A program made the position numbers and the translations under genes. Of a stretch of 58,827 nt of DNA, positions 10,516 to 21,112 are shown one piece after another (position 1 is the first letter of the stretch; every line of letters starts with the position of its first letter). Under the pieces are notes generated by a model. That model was not told where the DNA came from and made no database searches. It saw only the letters and a list, made by a program, of their open reading frames with translations. Origin of the DNA: Actinomycetota bacterium (GTDB lineage: Bacteria > Actinomycetota > Actinomycetes > Mycobacteriales > Mycobacteriaceae); the NCBI GenBank assembly GCA_030836785.1, contig JAUPLT010000304.1, positions 1 to 58,827 on the forward strand. Direction: 5' to 3'.

Positions 10516-12075
10516 TTAGGGCCGCCTCCATTCCCGACCGGAACGCTGCAACACCTCGAACGCAGACTTGGGCCCCCACGTCCCGGACTCGTAGGGGTCC
10601 GGCGTGCCGTGCGTGGCCCAGTACTCCAGCACCGGATCGAGGATCTTCCAGGACAACTCCACCTCGGCGTTGACCGGGAACAGCGAGGGTTCGCCGAGCA
10701 GCACATCGAGGATCAGCCGTTCATAGGCCTCGGGGGAGTCCTCGGCGAAGGCCGATCCGTAGGAGAAGTCCATGTTCACGTCACGAACCTCCATCGTGCT
10801 ACCGGGCACTTTGGAGCCGAACCGGATCGTGATGCCCTCGTCGGGTTGCACCCGGATCACCAGCGCGTTCTGGCCCAGTTCCTCGGTCATCGTCCGGTCG
10901 AAGGGCAGGTGCGGCGCCCGTTTGAACATCAGCGCGATCTCGGTGACCCGGCGACCCAGCCGCTTTCCGGTGCGCAGATAGAACGGCACTCCGGCCCACC
11001 GGCGGGTGTCGACGTCGAGGGTGATCGCCGCGAAGGTCTCGGTCGTCGAGGTGTGCGAGAAACCGTCCTCCTCCAGTAACCCGACGACCTGCTCGCCGCC
11101 CTGCCAGCCGGCGGTGTACTGCCCGCGGGAACTGGTCAGATCAAGCGGCTGAGCCAGCCTGGTGGCGGCCAGCACCTTGATCTTCTCGGCCTTGACCTCC
11201 TCGGGGCCGAAGTTGACCGGCTCCTCCATCGCGGTGAGTGCCAGCAGTTGCAGCAGGTGATTCTGAATGACGTCGCGGGCGGCGCCGATGCCGTCGTAGT
11301 AGCCGGCCCGGCCGCCGAGACCGATGTCCTCGGCCATCGTGATCTGGACGCTGTCGACGTAATGGCTGTTCCAGACCGGCTCGTAGAGCTCGTTGGCGAA
11401 GCGCAGTGCCAAGATGTTCTGTACCGTCTCCTTGCCCAGATAATGGTCGATGCGGAACACCGACTCCTCGGGGAAGACGCTGTTGACCACCCGGTTCAGT
11501 TCCTCGGCACTGTCCAGGTCGTGGCCGAAGGGCTTCTCGATCACCACCCGACTCCACCGGCCGTCCTCGGGGTCGGCCAGGCCGGAGCGCTTCAGTTGCT
11601 CGCACACCAATGGGAAGGCGTTGGGCGGAATCGATAGGTAAAAGGCGTGATTGCCACCGGTACCACGTTCGACATCGAGCTTGTTCAGCGTCTCCGCCAG
11701 TCGGGTGAATGAGGCGTCGTCATCGAAACTGCCCTGTACGAAACGGAAGCCCTCGGACAGCCGGTCCCAGACCTCCTGCCGGAAGGGTGTGCGGGCGTGC
11801 TCCTTCACCGCGTCGTAGACGATCTTGCTGAAGTCCTGATCGGCCCACTCCCGGCGGGCGAACCCCACCAGTGCGAAAGACGGGGGTAGCAGCCCGCGGT
11901 TCGCCAGGTCGTAGATCGCCGGCATGAGCTTTTTGCGGGAAAGATCCCCGGTGACGCCGAAGATCACCACCCCGCAGGGGCCGGCGATGCGCGGCATCCG
12001 CTTGTCGCGCTTGTCCCGCAACGGGTTGCGCCACCCTCTCGGGGCGGCCGTGATGGAGGGGTTATGCGCGCTCAT
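10516..12075 (-). CDS. zwf: Glucose-6-phosphate 1-dehydrogenase
   Basis: IFGVTGDLSRKKL, EKPFG, RIDHYLGKE, RWAGVPFYLRTGK. Confidence 0.98.
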   Translation of the reverse strand: MSAHNPSITAAPRGWRNPLRDKRDKRMPRIAGPCGVVIFGVTGDLSRKKLMPAIYDLANRGLLPPSFALVGFARREWADQDFSKIVYDAVKEHARTPFRQEVWDRLSEGFRFVQGSFDDDASFTRLAETLNKLDVERGTGGNHAFYLSIPPNAFPLVCEQLKRSGLADPEDGRWSRVVIEKPFGHDLDSAEELNRVVNSVFPEESVFRIDHYLGKETVQNILALRFANELYEPVWNSHYVDSVQITMAEDIGLGGRAGYYDGIGAARDVIQNHLLQLLALTAMEEPVNFGPEEVKAEKIKVLAATRLAQPLDLTSSRGQYTAGWQGGEQVVGLLEEDGFSHTSTTETFAAITLDVDTRRWAGVPFYLRTGKRLGRRVTEIALMFKRAPHLPFDRTMTEELGQNALVIRVQPDEGITIRFGSKVPGSTMEVRDVNMDFSYGSAFAEDSPEAYERLILDVLLGEPSLFPVNAEVELSWKILDPVLEYWATHGTPDPYESGTWGPKSAFEVLQRSGREWRRP

Positions 12076-12084
12076 GTGCCGGCG

Positions 12085-13200
12085 CTACTTCTTCGCGGCA
12101 TCCAACTGGTCCTGGGTCGCCTCCAGAAGTTCTTCCCAGGACTTTTCGAACTTGTCCACGCCGTCCTCCTCGAGATGGCGGAACACGTCGCCGAGGTCGA
12201 TTCCGGTCTCCTCGAGTTTGTCGAACAGGCTCTGGGACGCGGCGGCTGTGCCCGAGATGGTGTCGCCGGTGACGACACCGTGATCGGCGACAGCCGCCAT
12301 CGTCTTCTCCGGCATGGTGTTCACCGTGTGCGCCGCGACGAGTTCGGTGACGTAAAGGGTGTCGGAGTAGTCCGGATTCTTGACGCCGGTCGAAGCCCAC
12401 AGTGGGCGCTGCACCCGGGCCCCGGCGTCGGCGAGAGCCGCATAGCGGGGTGCGGTGAATACCTCTTCGTAGGCGGCGTAGGCCAGTCGGGCGTTGGCCA
12501 ACCCGGCCTGCCCGCGCAACTCCAGCGCCTCAGGTGTGCCGATCGCCTCGAGTCTCTTGTCGATCTCGGTGTCGACCCGGGAGACGAAGAACGAGGCCAC
12601 CGAGTGGATCTTCGACAGGTCGTGGCCGGCCTCCTTGGCGGCTTCCAGTCCGGCCAGGTAGGCGTCCATGACCGCTCGGTGCCGGTCGACCGAGAAGATC
12701 AGCGTGACGTTCACCGAAACGCCTTCGGCGAGAACGGCTGTGATGGCGGGCAGGCCGGCCAGGGTCGCCGGAATCTTGATCAGCAGGTTGGGCCGGTCGA
12801 CGATCTTCCACAGTTCGATCGCCTGCAGGATCGTCTTGTCGGTGTCATGGGCCAGTCGCGGGTCGACCTCGATGGATACCCGGCCGTCGATACCGTCGGA
12901 GGCCTCCCACTGCGGCCGCAGCACGTCGCAGGCCTCCCGAACATCATCGGTGGTCATGGTGCGGATGGTGGCGTCGACGTCGGCGCCCCGTTCGGCGAGT
13001 TCGGCGACCTGCGCGGCGTAGGCGGTGCCCTTGGACATCGCCGCCTGGAAGATCGACGGATTGGTGGTGACGCCCACCACGCTGCAGGTGTCGATCAGTT
13101 CCTGCAGGTTGCCCGATCGCAGCCGATCCCGGGACAGGTCGTCGAGCCACACGGACACGCCTGCCGCCGACAGTGCCGCGAGGTTCGGATTCTGGGCCAT
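12085..13200 (-). CDS. tal: Transaldolase
   Basis: [30 protein letters not shown] (Schiff-base Lys), ASFFVSRVD. Confidence 0.98.
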   Translation of the reverse strand: MAQNPNLAALSAAGVSVWLDDLSRDRLRSGNLQELIDTCSVVGVTTNPSIFQAAMSKGTAYAAQVAELAERGADVDATIRTMTTDDVREACDVLRPQWEASDGIDGRVSIEVDPRLAHDTDKTILQAIELWKIVDRPNLLIKIPATLAGLPAITAVLAEGVSVNVTLIFSVDRHRAVMDAYLAGLEAAKEAGHDLSKIHSVASFFVSRVDTEIDKRLEAIGTPEALELRGQAGLANARLAYAAYEEVFTAPRYAALADAGARVQRPLWASTGVKNPDYSDTLYVTELVAAHTVNTMPEKTMAAVADHGVVTGDTISGTAAASQSLFDKLEETGIDLGDVFRHLEEDGVDKFEKSWEELLEATQDQLDAAKK

Positions 13201-13244
13201 GAAATCTCCTGGGTCCTGAGGATGATGGTGGTGGTTCGGGCGGG

Positions 13245-15359
13245 TTAGTTGTCGAATGCCCGTTCCGCGGCGGCGACAACGGCGTCGGCGGTGAAGCCGA
13301 AGTTGCGGAAGAGCGTCTTGTCGTCGGCGGAGGCGCCGTAATGCTCGATCGAGATGATCTCGCCGGTGTCACCGACGTACTTGTACCAACTCTGTGCGAT
13401 GCCGGCCTCCACGGCGACGCGAGCGGACACTGTCGGCGGCAGGACGGTGTCCCGATAATCCTTGGGTTGGGCTTCGAACCACTCCACGCATGGCATGGAG
13501 ACCACCGCGGCCCGGATGTCCTTGGCTGCCAACAGTTCCCGCGCCTCGACCGCCAACTGGACCTCCGATCCGGTTGCGATGATGATCACGTCGGCCTCGT
13601 CGGCGGGATTGCCTCCACCCAGTACGTAGCCGCCCCGTGCCACACCCTCGCTGCTGGTGCCCTCGAGCACCGGTACGCCCTGGCGGGACAGGATCAGCCC
13701 GGTGGGGCCACTGGTTCGTGTCGCCGCCCCTGCGGCAGCGCCGCGCTGGAGGATCGTCCGCCAGGCGTAGGCGGTCTCATTGGGATCGGCCGGGCGCACC
13801 ACCGACAGCCGCGGGATGGCGCGCAGCGCCGCAAGGTGCTCGATGGGTTGGTGGGTGGGTCCGTCCTCGCCCAATCCGATGGAGTCGTGCGTCCACACAT
13901 AGACGGGATCGATGTCCATCAGCGCCGCCAGTCGCACCGCGGGCCGCATGTAGTCGGCGAACTGCAGGAACGTTCCGCCGTAGGGGCGGGTCGGCCCGTG
14001 CAGCACGATCCCGGACAGGATGGCGCCCATCGCATGCTCGCGGATGCCGAAGTGCAGGGTGCGGCCGTACCAGGTGGCCTGCCAGTCCTCGGTGGAGATC
14101 GACGGCGGGCCGAAGGACTTCGCCCCCTTGATTGTGGTGTTGTTGCTGCCGGCCAGGTCCGCCGACCCGCCCCACAACTCCGGCAGCTTGGGTCCCAGCG
14201 CGGACAGCACATCACCGGAGGCGGCCCGGGTCGCCACCGCCTTGGAACCCGGCTCCCAGTACGGCAGATCCGCATCCCAGCCCTCGGGCAGTTCGCCGGC
14301 CAGCAGTCGGTCCAGCAGTGCCTTGCGCTCGGGCTCTCGCTGCGCCCACGCGTCGAACTCGACCTGCCACTTCTGGTGGGCCTCCCGTCCGCGCTCCACC
14401 AGAGTGCGGGTGTGGGTGATGACGTCGTCGCGGACCTCGAAGCTCTGGTCCGGATCGAAGCCCAGCACCTTCTTGACCGCTGCGACCTCGTCGGCACCGA
14501 GTGCGGACCCGTGCACGCCGCCGGTATTCATCTTGGTCGGGGCGGGATAGCCGATGACGGTGCGCAGCGCGATGAACGACGGCCGGTCGGTGACCTTCCT
14601 GGCCGCCTCCAGAGCCGCCTCGATACCGACGACGTTCTCGCCGCCCTCGACCACCTGCACGTGCCAGCCGTACGCCTCGTAGCGGGCCGGGGTGTCCTCG
14701 GTCAGGGCGATCTGGGTGTCGTGCTCGATGGAGATCTTGTTGTCATCCCAGACGACGATCAGGTTGCCCAGTTGCTGGGTGCCGGCCAGGGACGAGGCCT
14801 CACTGGTCACTCCCTCCTCGATGTCGCCGTCCGAGGCGATCACGTAGACGAAGTGGTCGAACGGGCTGGCGCCCTCGGGTGCGTCGGGGTCGAACAGGCC
14901 GCGCTCGTACCGGGAGGCCATCGCCATTCCCACCGCGGACGCCAGGCCCTGGCCGAGCGGGCCGGTGGTGATCTCCACACCCTTGGTGTGCCGGAACTCC
15001 GGATGCCCGGGGGTTTTGGAATCCCAGGTCCGCAGCGCTTCGACATCGGACAGTTCCAGACCGAAACCGCCCAGGTAGAGCTGCAGGTAGAGGGTCAGGC
15101 TGCTGTGTCCGCAGGACAGCACGAACCGGTCCCTGCCGAGCCATTCGGTATCGCTGGGGTCGTGCCGCAGGACCCGCTGGAACAGCGTGTACGCCAACGG
15201 TGCCAGGCTCATCGCCGTTCCGGGGTGGCCGTTGCCCACCTTCTGCACGGCATCGGCTGCCAGCACCCGTGCCGTGTCGACCGCCGCGGTGTCCAGATCG
15301 GTCCAGTCGTCGGGGTGGTGCGGCTGGGTCAGAGCGGAAATCTGTTCGAGCGTTGTCAA
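13245..15359 (-). CDS. tkt: Transketolase
   Basis: [50 protein letters not shown]. Start TTG 15359 follows an AGGAG SD. Confidence 0.97.
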   Translation of the reverse strand: MTTLEQISALTQPHHPDDWTDLDTAAVDTARVLAADAVQKVGNGHPGTAMSLAPLAYTLFQRVLRHDPSDTEWLGRDRFVLSCGHSSLTLYLQLYLGGFGLELSDVEALRTWDSKTPGHPEFRHTKGVEITTGPLGQGLASAVGMAMASRYERGLFDPDAPEGASPFDHFVYVIASDGDIEEGVTSEASSLAGTQQLGNLIVVWDDNKISIEHDTQIALTEDTPARYEAYGWHVQVVEGGENVVGIEAALEAARKVTDRPSFIALRTVIGYPAPTKMNTGGVHGSALGADEVAAVKKVLGFDPDQSFEVRDDVITHTRTLVERGREAHQKWQVEFDAWAQREPERKALLDRLLAGELPEGWDADLPYWEPGSKAVATRAASGDVLSALGPKLPELWGGSADLAGSNNTTIKGAKSFGPPSISTEDWQATWYGRTLHFGIREHAMGAILSGIVLHGPTRPYGGTFLQFADYMRPAVRLAALMDIDPVYVWTHDSIGLGEDGPTHQPIEHLAALRAIPRLSVVRPADPNETAYAWRTILQRGAAAGAATRTSGPTGLILSRQGVPVLEGTSSEGVARGGYVLGGGNPADEADVIIIATGSEVQLAVEARELLAAKDIRAAVVSMPCVEWFEAQPKDYRDTVLPPTVSARVAVEAGIAQSWYKYVGDTGEIISIEHYGASADDKTLFRNFGFTADAVVAAAERAFDN

Positions 15360-15463
15360 GAAAGGACTCCTGCGTCGGGCGCGAATTCGGGCGGCAAGCG
15401 GCGTTTCCTCACACACCCTAGTGCCGCAATTCGACCCTGCAGTACCGAATTGGCGGCCCCGCG

Positions 15464-15486
15464 GTCTACCATCCCCTGTAGTAGAC
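15464..15486. promoter_or_regulatory. Inverted repeat in the divergent tkt/ctaB promoter region, overlapping a TACCAT -10-like hexamer
   Basis: GTCTAC-catcccctgta-GTAGAC, followed by an AAGGAG SD before ctaB. Confidence 0.35.
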
Positions 15487-15502
15487 GTAAGGAGTTGACT
15501 GC

Positions 15503-16429
15503 GTGAGAACTCGCGACGCCCAGCTGGTGGAGGGGCAGAGCCGAATCCGCAGCAACCTCTTCGGATATCTGGCGCTGACAAAGCCGCGCGTCATCGAACT
15601 GTTGCTGGTGACGACCATCCCGGCGATGTTGCTCGCCGACCGCGGACGGGTCGATCTGCTGCTGATACTGAATACCCTGGTCGGTGGCATCCTGGCCGCG
15701 GGCGGGGCGAACACCCTGAATTGTGTGGCCGACGCCGATATCGACAAGGTGATGAAACGCACCTCGGCCCGGCCCCTGGCCCGGTCGGTGGTGCCGCGCA
15801 GCCACGCCCTGATTTTCGGCTTGGCACTCTCGGTCGCCTCGTTCTTCTGGCTGTGGTGGACCACCAACCTGCTGTCCGCGCACCTGGCTGCCGCGACCAT
15901 CGCGTTCTACGTGCTGGTCTACACGTTGTTGCTGAAGCGTCGCACCACCCAGAATGTGGTGTGGGGCGGCGCCGCCGGCTGCATGCCCGTGATGATCGGC
16001 TGGTCTGCGGTCACCGGGACGATCGGCTGGCAGGCCCTGGCGATGTTCGCGATCATCTTCTTCTGGACACCGCCACACACCTGGGCGCTGGCCATGAAGT
16101 ACAAGGACGACTACCGCGCCGCCGGGGTGCCGATGCTTCCGGCCGTGGCGACCGAGCGACACGTCACCACCCAGATCGTCGTGTACACCTGGCTCACAGT
16201 GGCCGCGACGCTGGCGCTGATCCCCGCGGCCGGCTGGCTCTACGCGGTTGTCGCGGTGCTGGCGGGCGTCTGGTTCCTGACTTTGGCGCACCGCTTGAAC
16301 GCCGGGGTGCGCCGCGGTGAGCCGGTGAAACCGCTGAAGCTGTTCCTGCACTCGAACAACTACCTGGCCGCGGTGTTCTGCGCGCTCGCGGTCGACTCGG
16401 TCATCCCGCTGCCGCTGTTGTTCGGCTGA
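15503..16429 (+). CDS. ctaB: Protoheme IX farnesyltransferase (heme o synthase)
   Basis: [54 protein letters not shown]. Confidence 0.96.
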   Translation: MRTRDAQLVEGQSRIRSNLFGYLALTKPRVIELLLVTTIPAMLLADRGRVDLLLILNTLVGGILAAGGANTLNCVADADIDKVMKRTSARPLARSVVPRSHALIFGLALSVASFFWLWWTTNLLSAHLAAATIAFYVLVYTLLLKRRTTQNVVWGGAAGCMPVMIGWSAVTGTIGWQALAMFAIIFFWTPPHTWALAMKYKDDYRAAGVPMLPAVATERHVTTQIVVYTWLTVAATLALIPAAGWLYAVVAVLAGVWFLTLAHRLNAGVRRGEPVKPLKLFLHSNNYLAAVFCALAVDSVIPLPLLFG

Positions 16430-16447
16430 CCGCTGTTGTTCGGCTGA
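16412..16447 (+). repeat. Perfect 18-bp tandem duplication containing the ctaB stop codon
   Basis: CCGCTGTTGTTCGGCTGA at 16412-16429 and 16430-16447. Confidence 0.95.
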
Positions 16448-16478
16448 CCCAGCGCCGTTCCGGCCGCCGGGTCGGCGG

Positions 16479-17453
16479 TTAGGGCAGCAGCACGATCGAA
16501 CCGGTGGTCCTGCGGCCCTGCAGATCCTCATGCGCGCGTTGCGCCTCAGCCAGCGGATAGTGGCCGCCGACGGTGATGGTGATCGAACCGTCGGCGAGAG
16601 CGTCGAGCAGTTCCCCGGCCCGCCAGGCGAACTCGTCCGGCGTCCGGATGAAGTGCGCCAGGTTCGGTCGGGTCAGGAAGACCGAACCGGCGGCGTTGAG
16701 TCGTTGCGGGTCGACCGGGGGTACCGGCCCGCTTGAGGCGCCGAACAACGCGAGCATGCCGCGGATCGCCAGACTGGCGAGGCTGGCCTCGAAGGTCGAG
16801 GCACCGACGCCGTCATAGACGGCCGCGACGCCGTGGCCGTCGGTGATGCTGCGGACCCGCGCGGCGAACTCCATCGCGTCATCGGGATAGTCGAGAACCT
16901 CCATCGCGCCCGCCTGCCGGGACAGCTCGGCTTTCTGCGCCGTCGAGGCGGTGGTGATCACTCGGGCCCCCATGCTGGCGGCCCACTGGGTGAGGATCAG
17001 ACCGACCCCGCCGGCGCCGGCGTGGACCAGGATCCAATCCCGTGGCTGCACCTGATAGACCGACTTGAGCAGGTAATGGGCGGTCATCCCCTTCAAGAGG
17101 GCTGAGGCGATCGCGTCGGAGGCCACTGCGTCAGGCACATAGGCGACGAAATCCGCAGGTGCGGTGCAGAACTCGGCGTAGGCACCGGCCGCGCTCGCGG
17201 TGACCACCCGGTCCCCGGCCTTGATGGCGGCGACATCGTCGCCGGTTGCCGCGACGGTGCCGCACACCTCGGTGCCCACCACGAACGGGAGCTCGCGCGG
17301 ATAGAGCCCGGAGCGGAAGTAGGTGTCGATGTAGTTGACCCCGATCGCATCCGCCTCGATGAGGACCTCGCCCCGGCCCGGCTCCGGCCGCGGCTTCTCG
17401 ACGTAACGCAGAACCTCGGGCCCACCGGTCTCGGCGACTTCCACAGCGTGCAT
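16479..17453 (-). CDS. qor: NADPH:quinone oxidoreductase (zeta-crystallin type)
   Basis: MHAVEVAETGGPEVL, GVNYIDTYFRSG, KGMTAHYL, HAGAGGVG, YDGVG. True start ATG 17453. Confidence 0.94.
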   Translation of the reverse strand: MHAVEVAETGGPEVLRYVEKPRPEPGRGEVLIEADAIGVNYIDTYFRSGLYPRELPFVVGTEVCGTVAATGDDVAAIKAGDRVVTASAAGAYAEFCTAPADFVAYVPDAVASDAIASALLKGMTAHYLLKSVYQVQPRDWILVHAGAGGVGLILTQWAASMGARVITTASTAQKAELSRQAGAMEVLDYPDDAMEFAARVRSITDGHGVAAVYDGVGASTFEASLASLAIRGMLALFGASSGPVPPVDPQRLNAAGSVFLTRPNLAHFIRTPDEFAWRAGELLDALADGSITITVGGHYPLAEAQRAHEDLQGRRTTGSIVLLP

Positions 17454-17495
17454 GTCACTATCATCCCCTTTCATGACCAGCACCGTGGTGCCACT

Positions 17496-18434
17496 GTGAA
17501 GCGCGCCCGGCCGAATCTCTTTCATCCGCGCATCGTGTTCGCCTCCTGCAGGCAACTCCCCGACGGCGACGGCGATGACGCCGGTCTGGTCGCTGCGTTG
17601 CGTCGGCGCGGACTCCACGCCCGGTGGCTCCCCTGGGATGACCCGCAGACCGAGACTGCCGACCTGGTGATCCTGCGGGCGGCATGGGACTACACCGAAC
17701 GGCACGCGGAGTTCCTGAACTGGACCAGGCGGGTTCGCAATCTGCTGAACGCCCCGCCGGTGGTGGCATGGAACAGCGACAAGCGCTACCTGGGTGATCT
17801 TGCCGCAGCCGGTGTCGCGGTGCTGCCGTCGGCGTTCTTCGATCCGGGGGAGGCGGTCCGGGTGCCCCGCGGCGAGGTGGTGATCAAGCCGACGGTCGGA
17901 GCCGGATCGGTCGACACCCGCCGTTTCACCGAGCGCCAGGCCGCCGAGGCGCACGCCGGCGTTTTGCTGGAGGCCGGCCGCAGCGTCCTTGTGCAGCCCT
18001 ACGACGCCCGCGTCGAGGATGGCGAGACCGCGCTGGTGTTCCTGGGTGGCGAGCAGTCGCATGCGTTCACCAAGGGGCCGATCCTGCCGCCGGCAGGTGA
18101 GCTCCCCCCGATGCACGGCTCGGGAACCTACGCGGAGGAGACGCTGACTCCGGCCGACCCCGATATCGAACTGTGGGAACTGGGGCACGCCGCACTCGAT
18201 GCCGCATCGTCGCACCTCGGTGTGCCGCGAAACGAATTCCTCTATGCCCGGGTCGATCTCATCGGTACCGGCGGTGACGCGCTGCTGCTCGAGTTGGAGT
18301 TGGTCGAGCCCTCGCTGGGCTGGCGCCAACTCGATGCCGCGAGCCGGGAACTACGGCAACGCGACTTCGTGCTGCAGGTCGAGGCCGCTTGTGACCGACT
18401 CGGGCTGGGTCCGCTGTCGCATCGACGCCCATAG
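17496..18434 (+). CDS. ATP-grasp fold protein (Rv1455-like)
   Basis: MKRARPNLFHPRIV, WNSDKRYL, VIKPTVGAGS, LVQPY, YARVDL, LLELELVEPSL. Confidence 0.85.
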   Translation: MKRARPNLFHPRIVFASCRQLPDGDGDDAGLVAALRRRGLHARWLPWDDPQTETADLVILRAAWDYTERHAEFLNWTRRVRNLLNAPPVVAWNSDKRYLGDLAAAGVAVLPSAFFDPGEAVRVPRGEVVIKPTVGAGSVDTRRFTERQAAEAHAGVLLEAGRSVLVQPYDARVEDGETALVFLGGEQSHAFTKGPILPPAGELPPMHGSGTYAEETLTPADPDIELWELGHAALDAASSHLGVPRNEFLYARVDLIGTGGDALLLELELVEPSLGWRQLDAASRELRQRDFVLQVEAACDRLGLGPLSHRRP

Positions 18435-19340
18435 CACCGCTGTGCCCGCGGTGCAGGCGGCCGCGCCGGCGACGTGGAGCGCCACCAGCACGGCAGGCAC
18501 CCCCGTGTGGTACTGGACGAAGCCGATGACCCCCTGGGCCACCACCATTGCGAGGAGTACCCGGAGTTTGCGGATGCTGTCCGCGGGGGCGCGGACGGCC
18601 AGCAGGCCGGCCGCCACACCGATCAACAGGCACAGATAGGCGACGAGCAGCGTGCCATGCAGGTGCGCGAGGGTGACGATCTCCACCTCGAGGCGCGGGA
18701 CGGTGCGCTGCGGGCTCTTGTCGCCGGCGTGCGGTCCCGCCGCAGTGACGAGCGTGCCGGACACCAGGGTTGCGGTGAGCGCAACGGCGCTGAGGAAGGT
18801 CAACTGGCGCAGGGGTTTCGGGACCACCGCGACCGGGGTGCCGGTGTCGGGTTCGCCGACCTTGACGTAGAGCAGCGTCGCGAGCCAGACCATCGCCATC
18901 GACACGAGGAGGTGGATCGCCACGGTCCACCACAACAGGCCGGTGAGCACGGTGATACCACCGATGACGGCCTGCAGCACGGTGGATGCAGGCATCAGCC
19001 AGGCGTACACGATCACCTCGCGCCGTCGCCGTGCCCGGGTCACCGCGAGGACCGCGGCGATCGCGGTGAGGACGACGACGAAAGTGATCAACCGGTTGCC
19101 GAACTCGACGGCCTGGTGCAGTCCCGGCACCTCGGCGTGCGGCACCGGGGTGAAACTGCCGGGAAAACACTGTGGCCAGGTCGGGCACCCCAGTCCCGAG
19201 GCGGTCACCCGGACGATGGCGCCGGTGACCGAGATCAGCGCCTGGCTGAGGACGACCGCGGCAGCGATGAGTTTCTGGGTGCGGAGGCTGGGCAACGGAA
19301 GCCGGTCAACCAGACCAAGGTAGATCCGGAGCGGTGTCAC
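18351..19340 (-). CDS. ctaA: Heme A synthase, COX15/CtaA family
   Basis: GAIVRVTASGLGCPTWPQC, EFGNRL, GGITV, GPHAGD. Start GTG 19340 lies 6 nt after TACGAT; 3' end overlaps the ATP-grasp gene. Confidence 0.9.
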   Translation of the reverse strand: MTPLRIYLGLVDRLPLPSLRTQKLIAAAVVLSQALISVTGAIVRVTASGLGCPTWPQCFPGSFTPVPHAEVPGLHQAVEFGNRLITFVVVLTAIAAVLAVTRARRRREVIVYAWLMPASTVLQAVIGGITVLTGLLWWTVAIHLLVSMAMVWLATLLYVKVGEPDTGTPVAVVPKPLRQLTFLSAVALTATLVSGTLVTAAGPHAGDKSPQRTVPRLEVEIVTLAHLHGTLLVAYLCLLIGVAAGLLAVRAPADSIRKLRVLLAMVVAQGVIGFVQYHTGVPAVLVALHVAGAAACTAGTAVLWASMRQRTQPESVTSGLDLQHEVALP

Positions 19341-19362
19341 CGCACGATCGTAGATGAGGACC

Positions 19363-20148
19363 TCAGGTGAACCGGAACCAGCGCAATGCCGCCAGTGCCG
19401 ACACCGCGCCCCAGACGGCCAGGACACCAACACCGAACCAGTCCAGCGAGACCGCGGCCGGATCGCCGACCGCTCGGGACAGCGCCTCGGTGAGTGCACC
19501 CGACGGGGTGAGCCTGGCAACCTGCGCGAGACCGCTGGGGACCGTCTCGGTCTCCAGCGTGAGGGCTCCGAAACCGGCGAAGACGAACCACAGCAGGTTG
19601 GCCGCGGCCAGCACGATCTCCGCCCGCAGCGTTCCGCCGAGCAACAGTCCCATGGCGACGAACGCCGCGGTTCCCAGCGCGATGACCGCCCCGCCGGCGA
19701 GCAGTCCGCCGGCGCTGGGCCGCCATCCCAGGGCCAGTCCGATCCCGCCCAGCAGGATCGCCTGCAGGAACACCACCGTGACCACGGCCAGCGACTTCCC
19801 GGCGATGATCCCCCATACCGGCAGGGCGGTGGCGCCTAGTCGTTTGAGCGCTCCGTACCGGCGATCGAAGGCGACGGCGATGGCCTGACCGGTGAAGGCG
19901 GTGGAGATCACCGCCAGCGCCATGATCGCCGGGACGAACACCGCAACCCGATTCTCGCCGAAGGAACCAAGCGGCAGGATGCTGAGGCCGACCAGCAGGG
20001 TGATCGGGATGAACATCGTCAACAGCAGTTGTTCGCCGTTGCGCAGCAGCAGTTTCAGTTCCAGCCGGAACTGGGCGGCCAGCATGGTGCGCACGCTGCT
20101 GGGGCGGGGATCCGGCGTGAAGGTGCCTGCCGGGAAGATGTCAGTCAT
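19363..20148 (-). CDS. ABC-2 type transporter permease (Rv1457c-like)
   Basis: LKLLLRNGEQLLL, AFDRRYGALKRLGATAL, multiple transmembrane stretches. Confidence 0.92.
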   Translation of the reverse strand: MTDIFPAGTFTPDPRPSSVRTMLAAQFRLELKLLLRNGEQLLLTMFIPITLLVGLSILPLGSFGENRVAVFVPAIMALAVISTAFTGQAIAVAFDRRYGALKRLGATALPVWGIIAGKSLAVVTVVFLQAILLGGIGLALGWRPSAGGLLAGGAVIALGTAAFVAMGLLLGGTLRAEIVLAAANLLWFVFAGFGALTLETETVPSGLAQVARLTPSGALTEALSRAVGDPAAVSLDWFGVGVLAVWGAVSALAALRWFRFT

Positions 20149-20179
20149 CGGGTTGCATCCCTGCTCGCGGAACGCTGCC

Positions 20180-21112
20180 TCATGACCGCAGCTCCTTGCC
20201 GGTGAGGTCGAGGAACACGTCCTCGAGACTGCGATTCTCGACCCGCAGGTCGGTGGCCAGAATGTTCAGTCGGGCGCACCAGGACGTCACCGTCGCGAGC
20301 ACCTGTGGGTCGATCTTTCCTTCGACGAGGTATTCACCCGGACTCGGCTCCGTGGCACGGTATCCCTCAGGCAGCGCGGCCACCAGCAGGGCGAGGTCGA
20401 GCCGGCGGGGTGCGGTGAAACGCAGCTGATCCTCGGCCCCGCTGCGCATCAGCTCGGCGGGTGTGCCGGAGGCCACCGGCGAACCGCGATCGATGATGAC
20501 GATCTGATCGGCAAGCTCCTCGGCCTCTTTGAGTTGGTGGGTGGTGAGTACGACGGTGACGCCGTCGCGGCGCAGCGCGTCGATCAGTTCCCACACCACC
20601 AGCCGGGCATGGGCGTCCATCCCGGCGGTCGGCTCATCGAGGAAGACCAGCTCGGGCCGGCCGACGATTGCGCAGGCCAGCGCCAGCCGCTGCTGCTGAC
20701 CGCCGGAGAGCCGGCGGTAGGTGGTGCGGGCCGCATCGGTCAGGCCGAGCGTGTCCAACAGCCAGGCGGGGTCGAGCGGGTCGGCGGCATAGGCGGCGAC
20801 CAGATCGAGCATCTCGCCGGCCCGTGCGGCCGGGTAGCCGCCGCCACCCTGCAGCATCACCCCGATCCGCTCGCGCAGCCGGGCGTTGTCGGCGATCGGA
20901 TCCAATCCGAGCACCTCGATGCTGCCGGCGTCGGGGCTGACGAAGCCCTCGCACATCTCCACCGTCGTCGTCTTGCCGGCGCCGTTCGGTCCCAGCAGAG
21001 CGAAAACCTGGGCCCGGTCGACATCGAGGTCGAGGTCAGACACCGCAGCGGTGGACCCGTACCTCTTGGATACCCCGCGCAGCCGGACGACCGGGGTGGA
21101 GCCTGAACTCAC
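20180..21112 (-). CDS. ABC transporter ATP-binding protein (Rv1458c-like)
   Basis: Walker A GPNGAGKT, signature LSGGQ, Walker B VFLDEPT. Confidence 0.95.
   Translation of the reverse strand: MSSGSTPVVRLRGVSKRYGSTAAVSDLDLDVDRAQVFALLGPNGAGKTTTVEMCEGFVSPDAGSIEVLGLDPIADNARLRERIGVMLQGGGGYPAARAGEMLDLVAAYAADPLDPAWLLDTLGLTDAARTTYRRLSGGQQQRLALACAIVGRPELVFLDEPTAGMDAHARLVVWELIDALRRDGVTVVLTTHQLKEAEELADQIVIIDRGSPVASGTPAELMRSGAEDQLRFTAPRRLDLALLVAALPEGYRATEPSPGEYLVEGKIDPQVLATVTSWCARLNILATDLRVENRSLEDVFLDLTGKELRS

Noticed and set aside
13341-15506. 721-aa ORF antisense to tkt
   Set aside because: Shadow ORF produced by high-GC codon bias; no recognisable motifs.
17454-18329. Apparent N-terminal extension making Qor a 616-aa fusion
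   Set aside because: The extension is antisense to the ATP-grasp gene; Qor homology begins at ATG 17453.
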